Below the pieces are notes generated by a model. It was not told the origin of the DNA and did not search any database. It saw only the letters and a list, made by a program, of their open reading frames with translations. A stretch of DNA of 64,000 bases, taken from contig CATNEN010000003.1 in the NCBI GenBank assembly GCA_950097015.1, forward strand, positions 15,934,001 to 15,998,000, in the 5' to 3' direction. Shown in pieces: positions 54,141-64,000 of the stretch. Position 1 is the first letter of the stretch, and every line of letters begins with the position of its first letter. The position numbers and the translations under genes are program-made. This stretch comes from Macrostomum hystrix. Its lineage: Eukaryota; Animalia; Platyhelminthes.

Positions 54141-55324
54141 TGGACGCAGGCCGCGGTCAGCCGCAGCAGCCTGACTGCAGTCTATGGCCTAACCTGACAC
54201 GCAGGCGCGGGATTTCAAATTGGACAGCGGGCAGCAATATGGACACAGTGAGCAGCAAAGTATAGCAGCTGCTTGTATTTTAAACGAGTGACTGGGATAT
54301 CCAATGCAGAACAATTTCAAAACAGTATAGAAAACAGTAACTGTAACTCTAGTTCAAAACAGGAACAGTATAGATCGCCATGAAATTCAGCCAGCAAGCG
54401 CGCACGCATTTGGTCCAAGGTCAGGAAGGGATTATCCTGAACAATGGACACCAGGAAATCCCTCATCGGGGCAGTGAGCTTCCACTGCTTTGCTCCACCT
54501 CTTGGCAAGGCGTATCGCCTGCCACCATTACGAAAGGATTCTCACCACGTTGCCAGGCCTGGATCACGAGATCTCGCTTCTCTCTGGTGATCGTAGCGTA
54601 GTGTCCACGCTGCATGCTAGCGCCTCGCTGTGTCCAAACTTTTTATTTTCTCGTCAGGGACCCTGTAGTTTGTTGTTGTTGTTGTTGCTGTGTCCAAATT
54701 GCTGCCCGCTGTCCAATTTGAAATCCCGCGCCTGCATGTCAGGTTGGGCCATAGACTGCAGTCATGCTGCTGCGGCTGACCGCGGCCTGCGTCCAATTTA
54801 AAAGCCCGCTGTCCAAACTAGACTGCAAAATGCTAGAGTGTACAAGTATAATATATTGATTTTGTGAGAAGGGTAAACTTGGCTATTTTAACAAAAAAGA
54901 ATAGTGACGCACATGTACCCAGTGGCAGTCCTCCTTATAGTCTTACACGATTATAAATGTCTACATGTCCCCATTTCGCTGAAGACGATAGTTGTCTATG
55001 GCTAATTTCAACCCTTTCTCGATTTTTTATAAAATCCGATTGCCTTTAATTAGACTCTTAGTGGGCTTCTTCTAAGTATGGAGTCTATGGTCTATGGTTC
55101 AAACTGTCTGCATTCCGAGCCCATTAACAGTAGAACTACCAAGCCAATTTGCCGCCCGTTTTTATACCAAAGTTTTTATCTATTCCTACTAGATAAAGGC
55201 AGGTGACCACAGATGTCGGAGATGATGCAGGCACATTCGGGTGACATGCTGATAAATTTTGAAGACCTGGCAAGGCCGCACTGAGTCGCAGTGCTAATTC
55301 GTGTACTGGGGTTTATGTTGGGAC

Positions 55325-55650
55325 TAATAAATAATAATTATTATTTATAATAATAACTGATTACACCTGCCCCAATTGGGTCACATGTGCAGCCGACAGC
55401 ACAGCCGCAGCTAATGCGCGGCGCATTTGAAGGCTGCGTACAGCTGTTCAGTCCACGGACTGGAGGGACGCCACACCCACCTTCAATTATCCCAGCTGAT
55501 GCTGGTACTCATTTAACAGCTGGGTGAACTGAAGCAATGCAGAGTTAAGTGTCTTGCTAAAGGACGCAAATTGTTCCAGTGGAGTCGGGAAACGAACCCC
55601 CGACCTTCAAGTCGTGAGTCCGACGCCCTAACCACTAGGCTACAACCTCT
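55325..55650 (-). mobile_element. SINE family B, full length (tRNA head, central domain, (TTA)n tail)
   Basis: Minus strand GTAGCCTAGTGGTTAGGGCGTCGGACTCACGACTTGAAGGTCGGGGGTTCG (A/B boxes), then GCAAGACACTTAAC..CACCCAGCTGTTAAATGAGTACC, reminiscent of conserved SINE central domains. Confidence 0.88.
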
Positions 55651-55935
55651 ACTAAGGGACTTGCTTTGCTTAGTTGGGACTAAGCAAAAATACAACTTAG
55701 CAACTTTCACTATAGTAAGAAGGCAACTAAAGCGTTGATATTTTCTAGCATAATAACTTGCCTAGATTAGGAGCAAAGCATAAGCACCGCATTGTCCTCG
55801 AACATTGTTTATTTTTTTTAACTCACAAGCGAATATCGTCACATAAACACGCAAAATGAAATGCACAAGCAAGAAGTAATGTATTTTTATGCTGAAGTTT
55901 AGCATTCTGTTCTTCTAAACAAATATTTAGTGCCA

Positions 55936-57611
55936 TCATCGTTTTCGGCTGTGATTTCCGCCGGACCTAGACAGGCGCTTCTTGTTCTTGCCAATTTTGC
56001 CGCTAGCCTTCTTACTGGACGCGTTAACGTGGCGAATCTTTTCCACTTTGCCACGGCCAGACGAAGCCATGGCGCGAGCCTTGTTCTTACGACCGGCGCT
56101 ACTGCCAGCCGAGGTGATGCGCAGTCTGGCTCGCTCAGCAATTTTCTCCAGCTTCTCGCGAGCCTTCGATTCGGAACGATCCACCTGGAGCTTCGCATAG
56201 CCCACTGGACGCTTCTTAGCAACGCGAGCGCCCATAGCAACTAGGAGACGAGCGCGAACCTGAATGTGTTTAATTCTGTTTAAAATCAATTTAGTTAAAA
56301 AAAGACAAAAAATACAAATATATGTATTTCTGTTTCGAGGAAATCTAAAGAAATCCTTCAACAAGTAATAAATTTTATGGAATTCAGGTGAGAGGCAATA
56401 TTAATTAACCATGCCTTGTTAAATTATCATTTAATTAATGTTCAACACGAACAAACAACCCCCTTTCAGGAGTTCGAATCACTGTCCATGCGAAAGAATC
56501 TATATCCTCGAGAAAGACTTTTTTCACTTCATTAAGCTGTAAAACAGATACCAAAATTAGTTGAGATACACATTTACTTAGGTATGTATATACCTTACTA
56601 ATACCGAACTAAGTCACAATCGGGAGGAACTAAGTCACAATCGGGAAGAACTAAGTCACAACAGGGAGGAACTAAGTCACAACAGGGAGGAACTAAGTCA
56701 CAACAGGGAGGAACTAAGTCACAACAGGGAGGAACTAAGTCACAACAGGGAAGAACTAAGTCACAACAGGGAGGAACTAAGTCACAATAGGGAGGAACTA
56801 AGTCACAATAGGGAGGAACTAAGTCACAATCGGGAGGAACTAAGTCACAACAGGGAGGAACTAAGTCACAACAGGGAGGAACTAACTCACAATCGGGGGA
56901 ACTAAGTCACAATAGGGAGGAACTAAGTCACAACAGGGAGGAACTAAGTCACAACAGGGAGGAACTAAGTCACAACTGGGAGGAACTAAGTCACAATAGG
57001 GAGGAACTAAGTCACAATCGGGAGGAACTAAGTCGCAATGAATCGGGAAAGAGAGTGAGGGCAGGGGAAAGGGAAGAGAAATGAGGTATGCATTACCCCA
57101 TTTTTAATAAGCACATGCACGCCTTGCGTGCTACCCCCCCTCGCGGTCCTTCAGTGTGGTGGCGCATAGGTAAGTCGCACTGGACGGGTGAAATTTTGAG
57201 GCTGGGCATGTATGGGTGTACATAACTTAGCGCTGGGCAATACATTCAAATGCGGCTGTGTCACTGGCTGCAGATCTGGGCCCAACTGTGTCGCAAAATA
57301 AGCAATAAAGCAAATCCGAGCTAGCAAACCTTCCGTCGCTCCTTGCCATCTAGCATCAGGCATTGCGATTTTAGCACATCCACTCGAACCGAAGCCAATG
57401 GAGCTTGCAACAGCTGGCTAAGCTTCTCATCCAATAGTTCATCATCGGCACCTGTTGCAGAATCTGCCAAATCTTTTTTTAATCGTTTTTTACCAGATTT
57501 TTTGCTGCGCGAGGACAGGTCGAAATGCGCAAAATCTGGGGCCAACCTAGGCTGCTGCACACCTATAGCAGACGATGGCGACTTTGATTGCTTATTTTTG
57601 GATTTCTTGGC
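55936..57611 (-). CDS. C1orf131/DUF4602-like (SSU processome assembly factor-like) protein, last two exons
   Basis: Exons 57611-57330 and 56259-55936 (phase 0, GT-AG) join to LASVRVDVLKSQCLMLDGKERRK|VRARLLVAMGARVAKKRPVGYAKLQ, resembling the family motif A.LGAKPPK..YVNYK.L; Lys-rich basic protein; upstream exon(s) not identified. Confidence 0.68.
56606..57046. repeat. 21-bp minisatellite (CTAAGTCACAACAGGGAGGAA), intronic
   Basis: Direct tandem periodicity, ~21 units. Confidence 0.95.
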
Positions 57612-60600
57612 CTGGAAAATAATGAAATCATGAATTATCTTTCTAATAAACTAAGGTATTGACATAACTAAATTATTTAAACAACAATAAGACTATAAGC
57701 ATATAGTCAATAGAACATATTTTTAATTTTAGTAGGTCCAAAAAAATGCTACCTAGAAAATCACTAAAAAATGAAGTCTAGAAGCTCATGGCTCATGAAT
57801 TGTGCCCTTAAAAATGTCATGTCAATGTTAGGAACAATTTATGTGCATGCAGTGTCCATCAACCAGCTGACCAAGGAACTTAATTAAGTTAAATTTTCTG
57901 TGCAAAAACTTACCCAGCTAAACTGAGAAGTGGCTGTTACCAAAGAGGATTGCTTCCATTCTGATAATAATTAACGATCTAGCTTAACTTCAAACTGTTA
58001 CGTCGACAGCAAAGCAGTAATTCAAGAAGAATGAAAATACAATGTTAATGTACAGTCTATTTGGTTTATAATTTATTGAGGCCAAAGTATCCCAGCTCTC
58101 TAACCTCTAATTTCTAGCCAGTTTTTTCAAGTTTAAGTAGACCTAAGGCTAGAAATGTAATATGTAAAATACTTTTGACCCATTATTTGTTTTCCCATTG
58201 TAATTTTTAGACTTCATTTGGTTAGTAAATTGACTCTAATATATTTTGATTCATTCAATTATTTCAGTTCACCTTTGCTCCAAAACTGTATATAAGATGG
58301 TAAACTGTAGGGCCTACTCAGTTACTGGTAGCCACAGTACGCAAATGCAATTGCAAGTCAGTGAATTATTTTCTTTTGTTTCAATTTACATAATTTAAAA
58401 TATTTCTAAAGTAGAAACCAGAACTTTTTGGTGAAAGCAGTCATAATTTAGGTAAATAAGAATGCAAAATAAAGTATAATTTATTAAGCTAAACAACAAA
58501 AGGAAACTTAATAATCAAGAAAAAAGCTGCATTTGAATAATTTAGTGGTTCTATTTATTTTTAAATAATTTAAGCAATAAATAAATTTACATGCATTCAA
58601 ATCACAGTGATTTAATGTATCATGCAATGTTTTGTTAACATTGAAGAAAAACTTTTAAAGCACACCAAAGTAAAGTTGCTAATGTTAATAGAAATTGAAA
58701 CAATCTTCTAGTTTTTCACAATTAATTATTGACCAAAAGGTAACATTTTTTCAACATTTCAACAAGTGACAACCAAGTAAAGACAACAAAATAACAGTCA
58801 CTCAGTAGTAGCAGGTATAGTATTGTGCCAGTGCCACCTAGAAGCATCTAACCCTCCCCATCCCTGTTTTGTCTTTCTTGTATGTCTTCACCATAGACAT
58901 GCACACACACGCACTGCAATGTCTATGGGAAATTGGCCCTAGCATTGCAGCATCACTCAAAACCTCTCGCAAGTGCAAGTATTTACCAATAGACATTGCT
59001 CCATGCATTGCTGGTATTTTATAAGCTTAAATAAGTTTAATTTTTCACTTGTTAAATGTTGGCAAAGTCCTTTGTAAAATGGTTTAATCTGCAAAACTAG
59101 AGGATTGCCACAATGGATACTGATCAGCTGGTTTGCTATACAAAAAGTGCCGCATTAAAGAATTTTAGAAAGCTTCATTTATGAATAATGTATCTTTTTT
59201 GTAGTAGTGTAAAATAGTCCTAAATAGGCCTAATATACATGTAAAATGCCTATTTTTCAAGAAAACTAAAATTGTAGCATAAAACTAAATAATTCTGTTT
59301 GAAATTTACTTTTTGTATAAGGTCCATTGACACTTTCCAACAATATATTTACAGAAGTTTTTGTCAATGTGAAATCAGCTTGCATTCTTACAGTTCTAAA
59401 AGAAGTTTTTAAGCAAATAAAGAGTGTGTTTCTTAATGAGCAGACAGGCTACAAGCTGAGTATTGTATGCGGTAAGAGAAATAACTTGTATTGAACTTGT
59501 AATAAAAGTTAGATCACATAAGTTCATAGGCCTAACCCAGAAAAATGAGTAGGCCTATATGTTATAAACCAATAAGGGAAATTGTGCATAAAGAGTAATG
59601 TCTAATAGTAAATTGTAAAAGGTGTGTATGCGCAACCAGACACCCTTTGATCAATTGGTAGCCCTATAGTGGGATTGCAAATTAATAAAAATGTGTCCTG
59701 TGTCAAGAAGGTCTAACCAGTGCAAATATGTACATATGAGTTATTCATGTTAAGTAGTATCTTGCATGCTTGGACACCTGCATTATATTATACCATAATA
59801 AGTGTTATTCTGGCTACCATAAATATAGCAGAAGTTTGAATTAGCAAAAAGAGCTCTACAACATTTTTATTTATGTTTATTTATGATGAATCACAATAGC
59901 AATAAATCAGACATGAAATAAGCCTATGGGCCAGTTGGCCTGCTGATTTGTTAATGAAAAATCAATATTATTGTCGCAATACACTTGTACTTTAGTAGAA
60001 AGTGACTTTAAAATAATGTCCCTTTTGTACGACATTAAGCTCACTTTTATTTGATATGACATGACCTCACTGGCTGTTGTGCGTCATGATAAATAAACGA
60101 AAGTAGAGAGAAGATCAATTACCCATAAATTAAGCTTTCTAAAATTTGTTGAAGTAACATGTTTTGCAAGATAAATTAAAAAAACAGCATTTGATCCCCT
60201 TTCTATAAACATGTATCGTCATTTTTATATGAAAAAACGTGATAAGTTCCAATCACGCTAGTGCATCTTCACGTGATGAAAAATCAATCTTAAGAGATTT
60301 TCCTAGAAACTAAGTGTCGCGTCCTTCTTCTTGAATTAGTGGTCTTGAGGATGTATGCACAATTTGCAATCTAAATGATAGGTAAAGTTTCTTAAGATTT
60401 TCGTGGAACCAGTTTGCAATAAAAAAAATATTTGAACAAGATTACGTATACTATTTTCAAGTCGATTGTTTTTTGTTTTTTGTTAACTTTTTAACACCGG
60501 AAGAATTGCGGAAATACGGACTTGTGATTTACGTTGTACGCCAATGAAATAGCAGCTGGGATTCAAGGAACACTAGGAGTAGACTAGTCCTAATAGTGGT

Positions 60601-61542
60601 CCTGCTCCTAGTGGTCCTTGCTAGGATTTCACAAGAGATTCAAAATACACCAATTCATTTTTCCACGTGATTCAAATGGAGAATCATCGTACAAGTTTTT
60701 CACAGATTCACAATTTATTTGAGTATTATCAATTAAAATACTATAAAAACTGCGAATGAACTCGGCTTAGAATGTATACGTTAATTTTTATATTAATGCT
60801 ATCGTGAAACGCATTCTAAAATATTCTCATACAATGGAAATGAAATATGACATGGAACGACATGTATGACATAACGAAGTGATATATAGCTGTACTGACG
60901 TAGGACAAGCAAGAAATGTCGTATATTGAAGGACATGTACGAGCATATAGATGGCGTTGCAACTAGCATTTATACACGTGCACTTTTGTATTCCTCGGTT
61001 AGAGTCTATGCTATATATAACTGGAGTATACTTTATTAAAATCAAGCTGCGACAACTACGTGTATAATGTAGTCTGCTCTTATCGCATAAAGAATTGAAT
61101 ATCCATATCGATGTTTTTGCAGCTTCGCGTGACTGCAGCTTGATTAATAAAAGTTTGCTTTGCTGTTATCTGCTTGAAGTATATATCAAAGCTTCATTTC
61201 ATGTAAGGCAGCAGACATTTCAGCTTTACATATTAGTATGGAAAATGTAGATGTTAAATGTGATGACTTACGCAGCTTATGATTAATTACATCAAGTAAA
61301 CTATACATGAAAGCACTTATTTTACATTTAATTAATTGTGGTTCCAAATACAAGTGCATGCGAAACTATTTAATCAATCATTATGTTGACGTTGCAGGAA
61401 GTTTAGCAAATATGGCAAATCACAGAAAGCGTGCATTAATGATATTATATATAGACTGACTTTGATTACTAAAGATAGGAAAATGCTGTCATGCCGTGCA
61501 TTTACTGTTGTGGCGATCAAGGTCACGACCATAACAGTTTCA

Positions 61543-61543
<1 letters not shown>

Positions 61544-61577
<34 letters not shown>

Positions 61578-61584
61578 TGCAGCA
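61544..61584. repeat. (GCA)n trinucleotide repeat
   Basis: Seen directly. Confidence 0.9.
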
Positions 61585-61624
61585 GGGATCCCAACAGTTA
61601 AGGTCAGGTATTTTTTAAATCGAT

Positions 61625-62610
61625 CCATCAAGACCAGATAGGCATAGCTCGTAATACGTGTGCTTGCACCGGTGGGACACAGCGCGTTTGAGGTATGAGT
61701 CAGTCAAGGCCTTCGGGCTAAGGTCTGTGAAGCCTCACGCCTGCAGTCGCCTTTTGAGCTGGGTTGGCAGGAGGGTGCCCTGTGCCCTCAGGTGCAGGAA
61801 TCCCTCCACGCTGTCCCGTCGGCTGACCCATGGGTAGACGTCCCGCGAGTGTCCAAGGCTGTACGGCAGCCGGACAGAATGGGCAACAGCGTTGGATGAC
61901 CCATCCAGGGCCTCCAGCCGATCTGGGCACCTCTGGCTTCAGTTGGACGGAAAGGTCTCACCCTTTGACCTTAACAGGGACGCCAGCCCACGGACCGGAC
62001 GCCATCGCGTCTGGATCCCATCCAGCAGCCATCAAGTCTAGCGAACAAACAGGCTCCCAGTGGTCTCGTGTGCCATGGAACCGTCCGCAAAGGAGCGGAG
62101 GGTTACACGGTCATAATAAGCCAAAGATAATCGATTAAGCTTCCTCACAAGTCGACCATCCAGCGTGGCCTGCATCAGCTGACCATCCTCAGGAGAGGAA
62201 GGGCCCTCTATTACGGCACCAAAGCGCATCGCATCCGGCTCGGAGCTCGGAGTGTCCAAGGCTGTACGCAATGCGGAGTCAGCTCCGCGATATCGCCGAC
62301 CAGACCGCAGCGCTAGGTCGGGTCTGGTCCAACGCGAACTCAGCGAGGCGAAGGTTCTTCGGGATCACCTCCGCAGCAGCAAAAACACAACCCATGCCGA
62401 AGAGGTCGCCCGAAACTGGCTTGATGATCCTCATCACCAGATGGTGGCCCGCGCTCGGTAACGCCCCGGGTCGTCCGCTGAAGTTTTGGGCGAAGGTCTG
62501 GAGGATTGCGCGCAGTCGGAGGTCGGAGGGGGTGGTGAAAATCACAAACCGGGGCTTATCTTCACCCTGGACTTCCAGAGGTAAGCCCCAGAAAATCCCC
62601 TCTGGTTACC
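61625..62610 (-). pseudogene. GC-rich decayed coding segment of unknown origin
   Basis: About 330 codons readable on the minus strand with one frame change near 62275 and four isolated in-frame stops; sharp compositional boundaries. Confidence 0.45.
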
Positions 62611-62647
62611 ATTGTTTAGTTTCTACCTTGTATAGGGAACATTGTAT

Positions 62648-63008
62648 AGTTAGCACCTTATTTTTCAGTTAGCACCTTATTTTTCAGTTAGCACCTTATT
62701 TTCAGTTAGCACCTTATTTTTCAGTTAGCACCTTATTTTTCAGTTAGCACCTTATTTTTCAGTTAGCACCTTATTTTTCAGTTAGCACCTTATTTTTCAG
62801 TTAGCACCTTATTTTTCAGTTAGCACCTTATTTTTCAGTTAGCACCTTATTTTTCAGTTAGCACCTTATTTTTCAGTTAGCACCATATTTTTCAGTTAGC
62901 ACCTTATTTTTCAGTTAGCACCTTATTTTTCAGTTAGCACCTTATTTTTCAGTTAGCACCTTATTTTTCAGTTAGCACCTTATTTTTCAGTTAGCACCTT
63001 ATTTTTCA
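62648..63008. repeat. 19-bp minisatellite (TTAGCACCTTATTTTTCAG), ~19 near-identical units
   Basis: Direct tandem periodicity with one variant unit. Confidence 0.97.
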
Positions 63009-64000
63009 CTCCGGCTGGAGTAAAAGTAAGGAGGCCACCGTCCGGCACCGGCGCGGGCCACGGGCTAACGGAGTCGCCCTCCTCTGGAGCGTGCGGCTAC
63101 TAAGATGGCCACCCACCGCGGAAGGCGGAGCGCTGCTGCTGCTGAACGTCGCCAGCAGCGGTTCAATGCTCGACGCAAAGAGCTGCGGGCTCTCGCCCGC
63201 CTCCGCCACGTAGACCGCCACAAGGACTCGCGGCTTGCCCAGCCGGAGCCTCGAGTGCTGGTAACTCCACCGCCAGCACCCAGCACTACACACCTGCCTG
63301 ATATTGACAACAACGCCAGCGCCAACAGCCCCAGACAGCAGCCTCAGGGTCGGAAACTGCTAAACTCTCTGTCCATTGCCACATTCAATGCACGCACTCT
63401 CTCTAACCAATGGAGGCTCCTTGAGCTTGCTAAAGCAGCAATCGATCTGTCTATCTCCATCGTAGCTATTCAAGAACACCGCAGGACTGCCAACCTGGAC
63501 ATCGACCTTGGCAATGGCTGGTTTTTCAAAGCAGCTGCAGCTTCTGACCAGGGCATCGGCGGAATCGGTTTCCTGCTCTCGCCGCTGGCAAACCGCTCTC
63601 TGCTAAGCCTCAGCTTTATCTCTGATCGCATCGGTCATGCATCGTTTGCCATCTCAGATCGCCGGCTTCATGTCCTCTGTGTCTACGCCCCCACTGCCCC
63701 GGCTACCACTGTGGATGCCACCACCACCCTTCAATTCTACGATCAACTGGGCCACCAGCTAGACCACCTCGCCTCCAGGGACCTCTACTTCATCGCCGGC
63801 GACTTCAACGCGCCTCTCCCGGTGGACGGCCAATTGGTGAGAAACAGGTGCGGCACTCCAAATGCCAACACTCCACACCTGTCAACTTTCATGGCTTCTC
63901 GCAATTTGCTCGCTGCAAACGGCTATTTCCGCCAGCGCCTCAACGCTCTTCCGACTTTCCGGGGTCCAAACAGCCGTACGACGAGGCTAGACTGGATCCT
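63007..64000 (+). mobile_element. RTE-like non-LTR retrotransposon, 5' end; ORF from ATG 63105 runs off the window (AP endonuclease domain)
   Basis: Uninterrupted frame MATHRGRR...SIATFNARTL...IVAIQEHR...GIGGIGFLL...SDRI...CVYAPT...FYDQL...IAGDFNA...LLAANGYF...TFRGP...LDWI; single-ORF layout with a short 5' UTR as in the RTE group. Confidence 0.9.

Larger units (their letters stand above)
52516..54833 (-). mobile_element. Tc1/IS630-like DNA transposon remnant with ~145-bp TIRs; left TIR split by a 1.6-kb insertion
   Basis: TA on both sides (52514-15, 54834-35). Right TIR 54688-54833 is the reverse complement of 52516-52551 joined to 54138-54248. Degraded HTH frame RGGAKQWKLTAPMRDFLVSIVQDNPFLTLDQMRARL at 54380-54620 (minus). 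Confidence 0.8.

Noticed and set aside
57912-57959. Candidate first exon (MEAILF...) for the C1orf131-like gene
   Set aside because: In-frame stop before the strong donor and a phase mismatch at the alternative donor; start left unresolved.
61660-61880. Resemblance of PYSLG..YPW..AVSHR to Mononegavirales L capping motifs
   Set aside because: GxxT is absent and the spacing is unconvincing; not supportable without a profile search.
63007-63104. Self-cleaving ribozyme in the RTE 5' UTR
   Set aside because: GC-rich hairpins are present but no HDV, twister or hammerhead topology could be assembled by eye.

Overview
This is eukaryotic (animal) genomic DNA with spliceosomal introns, AT-rich intergenic sequence and GC-richer exons. 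The dense minisatellites, polyQ proteins and divergent intronless GPCRs suggest a free-living flatworm such as Macrostomum (inference only). Host genes: tRNA-Tyr(GTA) with an intron, tRNA-Lys(CTT), three intronless rhodopsin-class GPCRs (two are tandem paralogues), an 8-exon ~2045 aa NACHT+WD40 (NWD1/2-like) gene, a 4-exon kinesin light chain, a partial C1orf131/DUF4602-like ribosome-biogenesis gene and a possible orphan multi-TM ORF. Mobile DNA: two tRNA-derived SINE families, three hAT MITEs with 8-bp TSDs, a non-autonomous Helitron with a PIF1 remnant, a Tc1/IS630-like remnant, a LINE 3' fragment, the 5' end of an apparently intact RTE-like LINE, and about 18 mini/microsatellite arrays. The most unusual structure is at 52.5-54.1 kb. 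There a truncated Crypton-type tyrosine-recombinase ORF is bracketed by inverted repeats and by two oppositely oriented ~135-bp imperfect hairpins with GCGAAGC apices; several related apices also carry tandem G.A mismatches. The hairpins join the core through two recombination-site-like dyads with identical 17-nt spacing. A second nest of related hairpin modules lies at 34.6-36.2 kb. The hypothesis is a tyrosine-recombinase system acting on folded single-stranded DNA. All calls were made by eye; no database search was run.
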